In this document: positions 1-10,725 of the stretch, one piece after another
Layout of the letters: each line of letters opens with the position of its first letter
How positions within the stretch are numbered: position 1 is the first letter of the stretch
IMG/VR virus record: IMGVR_UViG_3300022871_001550
Span: 670-64,669 of that record
Length of the DNA stretch: 64,000 nucleotides
Reading direction: 5' to 3' (one strand)
DNA from: a virus
Taxonomy: Duplodnaviria > Caudoviricetes
Position numbers and translations under genes: made by a program
The notes under the pieces: generated by a model
What the model saw: only the letters and a program-made list of their open reading frames with translations
Told to the model about the DNA's origin: nothing
The model's database searches: none

Positions 1-346
1 CTCTTTTGCAAAAAGTAATATAAATCATATTTCTGTTTTCTCCATAAGGAAAATGAAATTTCATTCCATAACCACTAGCACCAAAAGGTAATATCCATCT
101 ATTTCCACCCGAATTAGCCAATTTTGTAGGTGAGAAATTTCCAGGTATTACCTGAAATTCTTCATCTATAGTTATAGGATTTTGAGGGTCTGTTACATCT
201 TTAGTGGACATTTGCACTTTTTTTGACAGCATGTTAGAGGACTCTGGAAAACGATTAGCATACAATGGTTGTAAATTTGTAGCTCTTGTTCCTCCTATAG
301 TTGCTAACCTATCGTCAATTGCGTTTATTCTTGATTCTGTTGACAT
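1..346 (-). CDS. Hypothetical (probably virion) protein, runs off the window edge
   Basis: ATG at 346 (MSTESRINAIDDRLATIGG...) with an open frame to position 1; directly downstream of 374..793 on the same strand; not in the ORF track. Confidence 0.7.
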   Translation of the reverse strand, partial: MSTESRINAIDDRLATIGGTRATNLQPLYANRFPESSNMLSKKVQMSTKDVTDPQNPITIDEEFQVIPGNFSPTKLANSGGNRWILPFGASGYGMKFHFPYGENRNMIYITFCKR

Positions 347-373
347 ATTATTTTTTTTAAAGTGTTAATTATT

Positions 374-793
374 TTATATTAAAGAAGTTGGCAGTAAGTT
401 TTCAACATTAATATTAATGTTGAAAGAATTATCTCTTGCATCTGTGCCATATTCTATTTGTATATCATCCCCTGTAGTGTGACTTGTAATTAAACTACCA
501 TCAAGAGAAATTAAATTTTTCTCCTCTGAAACAACAGTAGACTTTATACAACTTTCATTCCTTCCTGAAATATCTGGAACATCCCCTGATTCCAATTGAA
601 TTCCGTCTAAAAGATTGTAATTAACATCTGGGTCAGAAAGAGAAAAATGAGTTATTTGCATTAAATCTATCATAGTTCCCGTTACTGGGTCTGTTAAAAA
701 TCTATTGTTTTCTTGATTAAAAAGATAATTTCTACCTTTTTTAGTTAAATAAGCATTTGCATATATTGTTGATGCTGATAAAATGTTTCCCAT
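374..793 (-). CDS. Baseplate/tail-fibre attachment-type protein
   Basis: AYLTKKGRNYL...ITHFSLSDPDVNY resembles the N-terminus of 841..2892 (KLTDTGRRLL...VGLFDNEVNY); TATTTAT motif upstream. Confidence 0.55.
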   Translation of the reverse strand: MGNILSASTIYANAYLTKKGRNYLFNQENNRFLTDPVTGTMIDLMQITHFSLSDPDVNYNLLDGIQLESGDVPDISGRNESCIKSTVVSEEKNLISLDGSLITSHTTGDDIQIEYGTDARDNSFNININVENLLPTSLI

Positions 794-840
794 AATAATT
801 ATTGTTTATTTTATAATAAATATTTAAATTTTATTTTTTT

Positions 841-2892
841 TTAAAAATCGAGTTCTAATTGAAATGATAAAAATCTTGATGCGTCCTTTTTTATGGGATA
901 AGACGGCTTTCCCACAGCAACTAAATTACTATCACCATCAAAAATTCCTATTTCAGTAATGAACGTGCTTTTATACTCTTCTTCTAAATCTTCTACACTG
1001 GCATATGAAATATTATTTGAACTATTAAATTCGCTATTTCTAGCATATACAGTGATGACAGTTTTAAAAACCGTTGACATTATTCCAGTTTTAATATTTC
1101 CAAAAAAGAAACTTTCATTACCAAAAGTTAAGCCGCTTGTTTGAATGTCATCATTAGATGTAAAAGCAGAATAAGCACCTTCAAACGAATATGTTGTTCC
1201 TGAATCATAATCTTCTTGAGATACTACAAAAGAATGAGCTTGTAAATAAACAGGGTCAATAGTGGCACTTCCTGTTTCTCCAGTATATATTCCATTTCCA
1301 ATTCCCGTTGAGACTAGTTTCCAATCATATGTTAATATTTCCCCCACTGTGGTAACTGCTGATGTAGCCATTTCTTTTACTAACAGTTGAATTTTATTTG
1401 CATTCCAACCCGTTCCACTTAAACTGTATAAATTAGCTTCGTTTCTCATGAAAGGAAATTGATTTGTTGGAAATTCTGCCCTTAAATATTGTGGCAAGCT
1501 ATTATCTGCAACTATTGGTGCCATTGAGATACTTTCACAATGTATTGGTTGTGAGTATCCAAAACTTCCACCTTCTTCATAGCTATTACTACTTAGAACA
1601 TATGTTGCAAAGTACGTTTTTCCTGACTTACACAATCCAGTCTGAGTTGGATAAGAAGATGAGGGACTACTTTGTACAGTTAAGTTCAAATTCGGAAGAG
1701 TATAGTTTCTGTTGGATTTATATGTTAATGCAGTTAATAGTTCCTGATTGGTTATTACAAATATTTTTAACTTATGATAAATTCTACCCACAACTAATCC
1801 TGTTTCCACCTCTGAATCTCGTAATTCTTTATAATGAGTTTTTGCAGCACTGTCATAATATACATCACCAGCAACATCATATAATACCAAACCTTGTTGT
1901 GTTTCTGTTCCAACTGGGGAAGATAAAGAATTTTTGTGCCACATAATATTTGGAATGTCTATTTCTGTCGTTCCTGGCACTAATTGTTCTGCATATGTAT
2001 TTCCTGAAAATTGATTTGTGTAATGAACAATTCCAAATGATTTTGTTTCTGATGAAAATCCTAAAAGCATTTTTGTTCCATTATAATCTAAAGAACCATA
2101 TGAAGTAAACCCACTCATAGCAACTGTGGTTCCTATTTCTGATGTAGTTCTAGCTATATTCATGTTCCAAACTCCAGTGTTAATAGTAGTAGATGAACCA
2201 TAATATGTTTCTATTCCATCATAAGGGTAAAAGTAAGTTTGCACTTGCTGTAAAGAACCTGAAATTGCTGAACTACCAAAATTCGGTATTGCTCTGTCTA
2301 CTGAAATTGTGTCGCCAGTTACCCCATGTATTCTATACCACATTGCAACACTTGGTTGTCCTGAATAAATATTCGATGTGCTGTTTGTAATTCCTCTATA
2401 TTGTGGTGGCTCCCAAGGAATGTAAACTAAATTGCCAACCTCTGGAGAATAAGACCCTCCAGATAAAGTAATTTCTTCTCCCCCATTGGGTGTGAAAGCG
2501 GAATAATTTATTTCTCTGACTCCCATAGGCGCTCCTTGTCCTAGTTCAGCATTTATGTCAATAGTAAAATTATTAGTATCTCCAGTAAAAAAACCTCGAC
2601 TTTCAGTTTCTGCAGATACAATTTGTCTTGCACTCCCTAAATTTTGTCCATCTAAAGTAACAAAACCAGACCCATCATAACTTGTAGTAGGAACATCTGG
2701 ATTGTCATCTTGAGGATTTAAAATCATATTATTACAAACATCATAATTGTCTGTAACCAAAGAATAGTTTACCTCATTATCAAATAAACCAACTTTTGCA
2801 AATGTTAATCTTCCTAGAGAAAGCAATCTTCTACCTGTATCGGTTAACTTCATGTTGATGAAGTTTGTAGGTTCTTTTATAATATAGCCCAT
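841..2892 (-). CDS. Baseplate wedge/tail-fibre attachment structural protein
   Basis: N-terminal LTDTGR and C-terminal ITEIGIFDGDSNLVAVGK motifs recall P2 gpH-type tail-collar domains; S/T/G-rich. Confidence 0.6.
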   Translation of the reverse strand: MGYIIKEPTNFINMKLTDTGRRLLSLGRLTFAKVGLFDNEVNYSLVTDNYDVCNNMILNPQDDNPDVPTTSYDGSGFVTLDGQNLGSARQIVSAETESRGFFTGDTNNFTIDINAELGQGAPMGVREINYSAFTPNGGEEITLSGGSYSPEVGNLVYIPWEPPQYRGITNSTSNIYSGQPSVAMWYRIHGVTGDTISVDRAIPNFGSSAISGSLQQVQTYFYPYDGIETYYGSSTTINTGVWNMNIARTTSEIGTTVAMSGFTSYGSLDYNGTKMLLGFSSETKSFGIVHYTNQFSGNTYAEQLVPGTTEIDIPNIMWHKNSLSSPVGTETQQGLVLYDVAGDVYYDSAAKTHYKELRDSEVETGLVVGRIYHKLKIFVITNQELLTALTYKSNRNYTLPNLNLTVQSSPSSSYPTQTGLCKSGKTYFATYVLSSNSYEEGGSFGYSQPIHCESISMAPIVADNSLPQYLRAEFPTNQFPFMRNEANLYSLSGTGWNANKIQLLVKEMATSAVTTVGEILTYDWKLVSTGIGNGIYTGETGSATIDPVYLQAHSFVVSQEDYDSGTTYSFEGAYSAFTSNDDIQTSGLTFGNESFFFGNIKTGIMSTVFKTVITVYARNSEFNSSNNISYASVEDLEEEYKSTFITEIGIFDGDSNLVAVGKPSYPIKKDASRFLSFQLELDF

Positions 2893-3027
2893 TGTAATTT
2901 TTTTATTATAAATATACTAGGAAAAAATATTTAAAAAAAAAATTAAAATAAATAGTAAAACGGAAAAAAAAGAAAATAGTTTATTTTTGAATTCTTTTTT
3001 ACTTATATTTATTAAAAAAGAAGAAAT

Positions 3028-5679
3028 ATGGCTTTCGCTGAATCAAATAGTGCAAACACTCTATCGTTAAATTATAGACCAGGAGAAAATAAGAGACTTA
3101 TTGCAAGTAATAAAAGTGCTCTTTTTTCTTTTGGAGATTTTAAAATTGAGCGTAATCTTTATCAAGATGTCATGTCAAGCACAACCAATTCTGCAAGTTT
3201 TGGTGGATTTTCTACACTAGAAACATTAAAAGCAGTTAATTTTGACGACTCTGGACTTAGCATTAGCGTCAATGAAAATGAACTAAATCTTCCCCCAACA
3301 GACCCAGAAAGCCACGTTTATTTTTCTTCTTTTTATACCGAGGCTGCAACTGCAATTAATAATATTATTGAAAATTTTCCTTATGCTGTTTTAGCATGGA
3401 GCGAAGGCGCTGTTAATGTTTTCAATTATAGTGAAGAAATAAATATGATTTCAGGGGTAACATACTCAACGTTTTCACTACATCTTTCCGCTCTAACAAA
3501 CCAAGGGAATATTATAATAAATTCAGGAAACACGCTTGATAAAATCAGCCTAATTTATGAATATAGTAATTATGACATTCAAGTATCAGGAGAAACAAAT
3601 ACGTACAGTATTAAAGAGTATTCTTTTTCGGGGGAACAATTAACATTCACTGTATTTGGGTCTATATTTGGAGATGATATATCAACAAGCACAGAAGCTA
3701 TTTATATAAAACCCATCAAGGAAACATTTAATAATTATTATAATTCAATTACTTCACTTGAATACCAGTTATTAAATACAGGAGAATTGTATATTCCTGA
3801 TATTGAATATGCCTCAGACAGGTCTTATTTAGAAACATTCTACTGGCCTAGAACAATTGATGGGTTTGCACCTGATTCTTATGGAGATGATTATGAGACT
3901 TTTAAAGAAGAATTATTGGCTGCCTCTGAAAAAATTGATGAAGAGAAGACTAACATATTCATAAAGACAATAATTCCTGAAAATTATTTAGAGTATGATT
4001 CTGATAGTATGATTTATAGGACATTAGTACAATCTTATGCTAGAGAATTTGATAGGTTGAAGAAATTTATAGATGGGATTGCTTATGCACACTCAATTAA
4101 TTACAATGATGAAGAAAGTGTGCCTGGCAAATTTTTAATTAAATTAAGCAATCTTTTAGGATGGCAACTTTCAGACTCATTTAGTGAATTAGATTTATTT
4201 GAATATCTTACGACAGATTTAGACGAAGAAGACAATTCTTATTCACATTTTAACTTAGAGATTTGGAAGAGAATTATGGTTAACATAGTTTGGTTGTACA
4301 AGAAAAAAGGAACAAGAGATGCTTTGTCTTTTGTTTTTAAATTGTTAGGTGCTCCTGATTGTTTAGTTAATTTTAATGAATTTGTTTATGATGTAGAAAG
4401 AATTGTTATAACACCACCTATTCGTGCCGTAGCATCAGCACAGGCATTTTTGTTAAGCACAACAAATACGCTGGTTAATTTTACAACACCTACATTTACT
4501 CCATTGGATGAGTCACAATTAAATTTAGTTTCTCCAGCCATTGGGACTTTCCCAATTCAACCCTCTTATTTTACACCAAGCGTACAACCAATTGTACCTG
4601 GTGCATTTACAATAAACGAAACAATGTTATCTGGTATAGTAAGTTCGGACATTATAATTCCAATAAACATTGAAATTCCTGAAATAAATAGCAATAAAGT
4701 AGATGCAAATGGCTTTGTAAATTACAAGAATTCAACATATATTTTCCAACAAGGAGGAGCGGGTCGAGGCGATGGCCAAGACTACATCAATCAATGGAGA
4801 CCAGAATTTAATCCTACTATTAGGATTGACAACGTGAAAGTTCAAACTGGAAATACAGATGTAAGAATAGGAACTAAAACAATAATGAACTCTAAAGAAG
4901 TAGATTTATATTTTACTCCAGCGAAAGCTATAGAGTGTGATGTCTTTGAGTTTTACCAACAAACAGGTAGTTGTTGGAGTTGGGGAAGCACGGGACCTTC
5001 TTTTAGCGCTTTGACTGTCCCTTATGAATATTTAAACTTTGATTGTTCCGTGGCGAGCCCAAGCAATATAGAAGACATGACTTTAAGTCAATATATAGAT
5101 TATATTTTCACAAATTCAATAGACCCCACTACAAGAAAAACAAATGCGCAAGGACATAATACATGGCATTATCCTGAATTGAAAAATATTTATTTAAATT
5201 ATTATTTTTCTGTTAACCCAGAAGGAAATCATTTAACAATGGGAAAACTAGAATCTTTTTTAACTTTATTAGAAACTCATTTGGGGGATTATATACAACA
5301 ACTAATTCCCGCAACTACAATATTTAAAGGAGAAGGGTCTATTACATATAAAAACCCAGAATTCCATAGACAAAAATTTGTTTACAAAGAAGGTATAGAT
5401 AAAGGCTCAACGTTTCAAACTCATTTACAAGACGATATTGACCCGTCTATAAATCCAAAGCATTTTTCTTTAAATGTTTCTACAGGAGTAGAGGGCACAT
5501 TAAATTGCATTGTTGTTAGCACAATCATACCTAGTCAACATGTAGTAAACAATTCAGTTTTTAATATTGAAATGATTATAGGCTCAAGCATAAGTGCAAG
5601 AATTGCAGGATGGGATGTTAATAGTAATGTAGATGGAGAAACTGCAGATTATTTACATAATTTAATAGATTTAACATAA
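3028..5679 (+). CDS. Baseplate wedge protein with a P2 gpI-like domain
   Basis: LIKLSNLLGW...IVWLYKKKGTRDALSFVFKLLGAP is a Tail_P2_I-type motif; baseplate context. Confidence 0.65.
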   Translation: MAFAESNSANTLSLNYRPGENKRLIASNKSALFSFGDFKIERNLYQDVMSSTTNSASFGGFSTLETLKAVNFDDSGLSISVNENELNLPPTDPESHVYFSSFYTEAATAINNIIENFPYAVLAWSEGAVNVFNYSEEINMISGVTYSTFSLHLSALTNQGNIIINSGNTLDKISLIYEYSNYDIQVSGETNTYSIKEYSFSGEQLTFTVFGSIFGDDISTSTEAIYIKPIKETFNNYYNSITSLEYQLLNTGELYIPDIEYASDRSYLETFYWPRTIDGFAPDSYGDDYETFKEELLAASEKIDEEKTNIFIKTIIPENYLEYDSDSMIYRTLVQSYAREFDRLKKFIDGIAYAHSINYNDEESVPGKFLIKLSNLLGWQLSDSFSELDLFEYLTTDLDEEDNSYSHFNLEIWKRIMVNIVWLYKKKGTRDALSFVFKLLGAPDCLVNFNEFVYDVERIVITPPIRAVASAQAFLLSTTNTLVNFTTPTFTPLDESQLNLVSPAIGTFPIQPSYFTPSVQPIVPGAFTINETMLSGIVSSDIIIPINIEIPEINSNKVDANGFVNYKNSTYIFQQGGAGRGDGQDYINQWRPEFNPTIRIDNVKVQTGNTDVRIGTKTIMNSKEVDLYFTPAKAIECDVFEFYQQTGSCWSWGSTGPSFSALTVPYEYLNFDCSVASPSNIEDMTLSQYIDYIFTNSIDPTTRKTNAQGHNTWHYPELKNIYLNYYFSVNPEGNHLTMGKLESFLTLLETHLGDYIQQLIPATTIFKGEGSITYKNPEFHRQKFVYKEGIDKGSTFQTHLQDDIDPSINPKHFSLNVSTGVEGTLNCIVVSTIIPSQHVVNNSVFNIEMIIGSSISARIAGWDVNSNVDGETADYLHNLIDLT

Positions 5680-5689
5680 AATTAAAAAA

Positions 5690-7324
5690 ATGATTTTAGA
5701 ATATAGCGATATAAAACAAATATTTGTCCAAAATGAATACAATAGGATTTCAGGAGGCGATTTGTCAAATGCACAAATATTTTATTCAAATAGGTGGATT
5801 GAAAAAGAAGTAGGGGAAACTAGCCTCTTTGCATATGATACCCCAATGTATACAACAATAGGTGGTACGCTAAATTATTATGGACAAGATATAAATTCTA
5901 TATTCACTAATACATATAGACCTTCCATCAGATTCAATTTTAGCGCCAATACAGACAGTTTTGGCACTGGAACTACAATTGTTCATAATATCTATAAAAT
6001 TGACTTTAAGACATTTCAAAAGAGCTCCTCGAACCTTCAATTGAATGATGCTTCTAAAGAAAACCTTTCTATAAAGGAAATTACTGAAAATAATCAAAAA
6101 AATAAATTTGATAAAACTACGGCCACCTTAACAGAAAACAATGTCAATATAAATGATTTTTATGATAATGCATATTCAAATGTAGAAACGCTATTAGAAA
6201 CACCAATTTTAACAATAACAGCATCTACTACGGGAATAACAAGTAATATTTATGATTTAGCCTTAGATGAATGTTATAAAAATTTAGGGTCATATAAATT
6301 TCAACTATTTGAAGATAGGTCTCAATATTTTATTACAACAATCTTTATGTTTGAAAGAACTCAAGGTGAAGATTATGTTGATTTTTACAAATATAGTGAT
6401 GAAAGCGGTTTATATGAGTACGATTTTCAAAAAACATTTGTTGAAGAAACTTCGATAGTAAACTATACAATTACAGCGGGGACATTTTCTGGCTTAAGCG
6501 TGGCAGGAAATTTCTTTTCTTATTTTTTAATTCCAAATAAACCAAAACTACAAGAGCCTTTAGTGAGTGGTCAACTAGATACGTTTACGCCTACTTTTCG
6601 TTTTTCTGATGTAGATGATGGCAATAAGTATTTATTACAAGTTGTTTATAGTTCAGGGGATAGTATGAGCTTTTCAGGAACGGTATACTCATATCCATTA
6701 AGTAAAGAGGATTCTGCCTTAGATACAAGGGAAATGCTAGGGTTGGAAAGTGGAGATTGGGGAATAGATTATGAAGTAAAAGATGTATTTAGAAAGCTAT
6801 CCGCACCTTTAAAACCAAACAAAAATTTTTGGTATAGAATAGGAAACATTAAAACAATTAATAATTTATTTGGTGTTGACCAAAGCGTAGTTACCTTCTC
6901 AGATATTTTAAGTGCAACTACAGGTTCTGATTTATTATCCACATTTGTTCAAGTGGAATCGGATAGTCCATATGTTGAAACTGTTCCAATATATGAAACC
7001 CCTACATACATAGATGATACTGAAGAGCCCACCTACACTCTAAGTGGAATTGTAAGCGGGAGTATAGTTACTGGTGCAACCGTTTATTTATACTATCCGA
7101 GTGACGTATACATTTCTCAAACCACAACAGAAACTGGATATTATGAATTTAATGAAATTGATGAAGGTGAATATACTCTCGTAACAAACTACAGAGGCTA
7201 CAAACAAGATTCAAGAGATGTCTCTATTACAGGAAATACAAGTTTATCCTTTAAAATAAAGCTAGTTTGGGGTAACAATATTGACACTTGGAATAAATTA
7301 GCTAATGAAAATTATTTCATTTAA
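5690..7324 (+). CDS. Virion structural protein with a C-terminal carboxypeptidase-regulatory-like (transthyretin-fold) domain
   Basis: YTLSGIVSG...GATVYL...TTETGYYEFNEIDEGEYTLVTNYRGY pattern. Confidence 0.55.
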   Translation: MILEYSDIKQIFVQNEYNRISGGDLSNAQIFYSNRWIEKEVGETSLFAYDTPMYTTIGGTLNYYGQDINSIFTNTYRPSIRFNFSANTDSFGTGTTIVHNIYKIDFKTFQKSSSNLQLNDASKENLSIKEITENNQKNKFDKTTATLTENNVNINDFYDNAYSNVETLLETPILTITASTTGITSNIYDLALDECYKNLGSYKFQLFEDRSQYFITTIFMFERTQGEDYVDFYKYSDESGLYEYDFQKTFVEETSIVNYTITAGTFSGLSVAGNFFSYFLIPNKPKLQEPLVSGQLDTFTPTFRFSDVDDGNKYLLQVVYSSGDSMSFSGTVYSYPLSKEDSALDTREMLGLESGDWGIDYEVKDVFRKLSAPLKPNKNFWYRIGNIKTINNLFGVDQSVVTFSDILSATTGSDLLSTFVQVESDSPYVETVPIYETPTYIDDTEEPTYTLSGIVSGSIVTGATVYLYYPSDVYISQTTTETGYYEFNEIDEGEYTLVTNYRGYKQDSRDVSITGNTSLSFKIKLVWGNNIDTWNKLANENYFI

Positions 7325-7361
7325 AAATGTTTTAACTATTTATAAAAAAAAATAAAATACA

Positions 7362-8054
7362 ATGAGTGAACTAATATTAACCGCATACACATACGACCAG
7401 GGAAGAATTGCTATAAACAATGCTTTTAGTGGCACAGCTGAATTTAATGTCTTTTCAGCGTCAACAATTTACTCAGGAAGTACTGATTTGTATAATATAT
7501 TTTTAACAGAGGCAGATGGAAACGATATAACAAGAGTCCAGTCAGGGGCAAATATAATAACTGGTGGCACCGCAAATTCGCCAATTGTTAATTTAGCTGA
7601 CTCTCCTTCAGTGGAAAATTTCATATCAAGCGGAAACTCAAGTTTTAACGTACTTTCAGCGTCAACAATTTACTCAGGAAGTACTGATTTGGGTGATATT
7701 ATAGCTTCGATATCTGGGGGCACTAGTGGAGGGGTAACTCCTTTTGTTGAGATTGTTTATTTTTCTGCTGGAAATATACTTTGGGATGTTAATAGTGATG
7801 CTAATGTGTATTTTAATTTAACAGCGGACACTACCCTACAGGTAGCAGGCTCTAGTAATGGGATGATTGGAACATCCATGGTAATTCAAGATGGAGGCCA
7901 TAAACTCGCTCTCTCAGGAACAAATAAAATTGTAAACGGAGGCGGAGGAGTTTTAAACGTTACTTCAACAGCTGGTGCAGAAGATATTGTTTCTTTTGTA
8001 GATATCAACGGTGTTAAATATTGGAATATCGGATATAATTACAACTCATCATAA
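7362..8054 (+). CDS. Short tail-fibre/appendage-like protein with an internal repeat
   Basis: Duplicated SASTIYSGSTDL; Gly/Ser/Thr-rich; fibre-tip-like C-terminus AGAEDIVSFV..G.KYW. Confidence 0.55.
   Translation: MSELILTAYTYDQGRIAINNAFSGTAEFNVFSASTIYSGSTDLYNIFLTEADGNDITRVQSGANIITGGTANSPIVNLADSPSVENFISSGNSSFNVLSASTIYSGSTDLGDIIASISGGTSGGVTPFVEIVYFSAGNILWDVNSDANVYFNLTADTTLQVAGSSNGMIGTSMVIQDGGHKLALSGTNKIVNGGGGVLNVTSTAGAEDIVSFVDINGVKYWNIGYNYNSS
7453..7691 (+). repeat. Perfect 38-bp direct repeat (7453-7490 and 7654-7691)
   Basis: tttcagcgtcaacaatttactcaggaagtactgatttg occurs twice, 201 nt apart and in frame. Confidence 0.9.
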
Positions 8055-8057
8055 TAA

Positions 8058-8939
8058 TTACGTATTTTGCTGAGAAAATTGGTCAAAATCTTGATTAAAG
8101 TTAATTGTACTACGCTCTTCTTTGATATCAACCTCTCCACGAGAAAAAAGTTTCTTTCTAGTTAATAGATTATATTGTTTGTATAAGCTTCCATTTTCAT
8201 CAAAAATACTATATATACCCGTTTCAAGGTCTCTTGTTGAATTCCCAAAAATACCATAACTTAAAGTTTTAATAGTTTGGTCAACCATTTCAATTTCTAA
8301 CATAATTGGGTCAAAAAAAGTATTAGAAATTATAATTTGTTGACCAGCCTTGCCTAAATCTGCTTGTTTGACATCAGAAATTAAGCTAATTTCATCTGGA
8401 GTTAATGTTAAAAATAAAAATGCACCATTATCATCTAAAACATATGATTGAGAAGAAGACGGGTTGGACTGATTACTATTTGGAGCCGAACTTACCAAGT
8501 CACTTCCTGTAATAATTCTATGAAAATTTTTAACCTTTATGTTATTGTCATCAAAATATTCTAATTGATAACCTATTAAGCTACCAGTTCCTTGAAATTG
8601 CAACTTTGGAATAACAATTCCTTTTTTTGAAACTTGTATGTCTTCATCTGTTTCTCTAACAACATAAGAACAATCAACTATTTCTACTTCATATGATTTT
8701 GGCTTTACTAAAACAACATAAAAGCCCAATTGATTAAAAATAGATGCTGGCAATCTTAATTTAAAAGCACCATCAGCTCCAAACATTTTCATAAATTCTG
8801 AGCTTGTTACATTTGAGAATAACGGTGAAAGTTGATTGTCGGTGACTTGTTCTCTGCTCTGAGAATAGGCATATAAAATGTCTACATCGTTAAAATCTAC
8901 ATCTGCTAACCTCTTTGTTCCATATATTCCTACTGCCAT
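8058..8939 (-). CDS. Hypothetical protein (probably structural)
   Basis: 293-aa ORF in the baseplate region with TATTTAT upstream. Confidence 0.6.
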   Translation of the reverse strand: MAVGIYGTKRLADVDFNDVDILYAYSQSREQVTDNQLSPLFSNVTSSEFMKMFGADGAFKLRLPASIFNQLGFYVVLVKPKSYEVEIVDCSYVVRETDEDIQVSKKGIVIPKLQFQGTGSLIGYQLEYFDDNNIKVKNFHRIITGSDLVSSAPNSNQSNPSSSQSYVLDDNGAFLFLTLTPDEISLISDVKQADLGKAGQQIIISNTFFDPIMLEIEMVDQTIKTLSYGIFGNSTRDLETGIYSIFDENGSLYKQYNLLTRKKLFSRGEVDIKEERSTINFNQDFDQFSQQNT

Positions 8940-9012
8940 AACTTTTTTTTTATAAATATATAATAATAAAATTTTTAAAAATTCTCAAACTATTCGGAGT
9001 TTTATTTTAAAA

Positions 9013-10725
9013 CTACCCATCGGTAGTGTCAATAATTGTTATTTCAGACCTAGAGCTAGATTCTGTTCTATATTGTAAATTAAATAAATTACTTAATTTT
9101 ATCTCGCACCTTCTATCCCTAAGATTAAGCGTATCTAATAGTACTTTTGCAATATCTAACAAAATAAATTCCTGTCCCTCTTGTGGATAATAAAATTTAT
9201 CCTCAACACCATATTCAAAATCAGAAGATTGTAATAAATAATCTTGAAACTCCCACGAAACTTTAAATGACTCATTTCCAAATGCTGGTTCAGATAATAA
9301 AACTTTTACCTGGAAATTTTCTTCTTCATTATAAGAAAGCCTACTACTTTCCAATCCAATTAAAACTTCTATATTTGAAAAGAACTCGTTTTCATTTGTT
9401 TTTAAATTTAAATCTACAAAACACTGAATCAATTGTGGCTGCTCATTACTAACAATTACCTCTGGCTGCGTATCTATTGCATTTGTTAAAGTTTGAGCTG
9501 ATAACAGATGCTCTGTGCCATTTAAAACTGCCTCATTGATTATTCTAATGTTAGTGTCAAAATTAACTGCCCTTATAGTATCGTTTACGATATCGTCTTC
9601 AAAAAGAATGTTGTTTCTTAAAACAAACTCATGTGCAAATGGTATTGAAACATAATTCACATCTTCAAAGCCATCAGAATTTATATACACGTTTTGTTGT
9701 CTTAAACTAATGTCTTTTTCCAATTCTTGTTTTTCAATCTTATTGATTTTCTTATATCCCTTAGTTTCATAAAAACTTCTTACTACACTGTAGATTTGGT
9801 CATCTGTAAAAACATCATCTCCATCATTGACAATTTCCTTTTTCTTTAAATTGAGTTCATCTGAAACTACGCTAATTTTATCAATCAATTGTTTTTGTTT
9901 TTCCTTTATAGAAATCGTTGGTGTTATATCTAAATTCGAATTATTTACTTCGATAGGTATAGTTCTTGGTCGAACTGTTGAGTTACGTTCAATTAAACTA
10001 TTTAAAAATCCATCTTCGATATTTGTTGAATCAAGATTAAAAAAAACCGTATTGCCTAAAGAAAGGCTTTTTATTATTTTTTTATCACATAATTCAAAAT
10101 TGTCCCTTGAGATTTGAGCAGTCTTTCTTTGTAATAAAATATTAATAAAATAATTTTCATCTGTGGGCATTTTAATTATAACATTTTCAAATTCTCTGTT
10201 TCTTTGTTCTGTATTAAAATCTAAAGGGATATATTGTAAATACTTAGGCAACATTGTAGTAGTGCCTGTGTTCCATAAAAAATTATTATTTCTTTTTGAA
10301 AATAACTTATATTCAAATTCAGTCTCATTTAAATTGGAGATTTGATTTGAAAGATATTTCTCATTAAAAAGACTGCCCCTAAGGACTGTATTATTATAAT
10401 AATCATTAAAAACTTCGGCAAGTTTTTTATCATTATAATATATTTCCTTAAACGCTGGGGAAGCTTTAAATTCGGTTCCGTTTGATGTTTGCATTAGTTC
10501 ATTCATCAACGTATTGCCTGTTAAATAAGCCATAAAACCACTTATAACAGCTTGATTTCTTGCATTATCAATAAATCCTCTTACATTATATTCATCAACT
10601 ATTTTATTGTACTCCCCCTCTTCATTGAGCAAATAGTTATTGTAAGACTTTAAATTACTTTGTTTAAAATCCTTCGTTGTAGACGAAAACATTCTGTTTA
10701 TCAATATGTTAAAATTGTACGTCAT
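9013..10725 (-). CDS. Hypothetical virion protein with a possible Calx-beta/Ig-like C-terminus
   Basis: 570-aa ORF; the C-terminal VKVLLSEPAFGNESFKVSW...SDFEYG is beta-sandwich-like. Confidence 0.5.
   Translation of the reverse strand: MTYNFNILINRMFSSTTKDFKQSNLKSYNNYLLNEEGEYNKIVDEYNVRGFIDNARNQAVISGFMAYLTGNTLMNELMQTSNGTEFKASPAFKEIYYNDKKLAEVFNDYYNNTVLRGSLFNEKYLSNQISNLNETEFEYKLFSKRNNNFLWNTGTTTMLPKYLQYIPLDFNTEQRNREFENVIIKMPTDENYFINILLQRKTAQISRDNFELCDKKIIKSLSLGNTVFFNLDSTNIEDGFLNSLIERNSTVRPRTIPIEVNNSNLDITPTISIKEKQKQLIDKISVVSDELNLKKKEIVNDGDDVFTDDQIYSVVRSFYETKGYKKINKIEKQELEKDISLRQQNVYINSDGFEDVNYVSIPFAHEFVLRNNILFEDDIVNDTIRAVNFDTNIRIINEAVLNGTEHLLSAQTLTNAIDTQPEVIVSNEQPQLIQCFVDLNLKTNENEFFSNIEVLIGLESSRLSYNEEENFQVKVLLSEPAFGNESFKVSWEFQDYLLQSSDFEYGVEDKFYYPQEGQEFILLDIAKVLLDTLNLRDRRCEIKLSNLFNLQYRTESSSRSEITIIDTTDG

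Noticed and set aside
7453-7691. Diversity-generating retroelement TR/VR pair or CRISPR repeats
   Set aside because: There are only two identical in-frame copies, with no adenine-specific mismatches and no reverse transcriptase or cas gene in the window.
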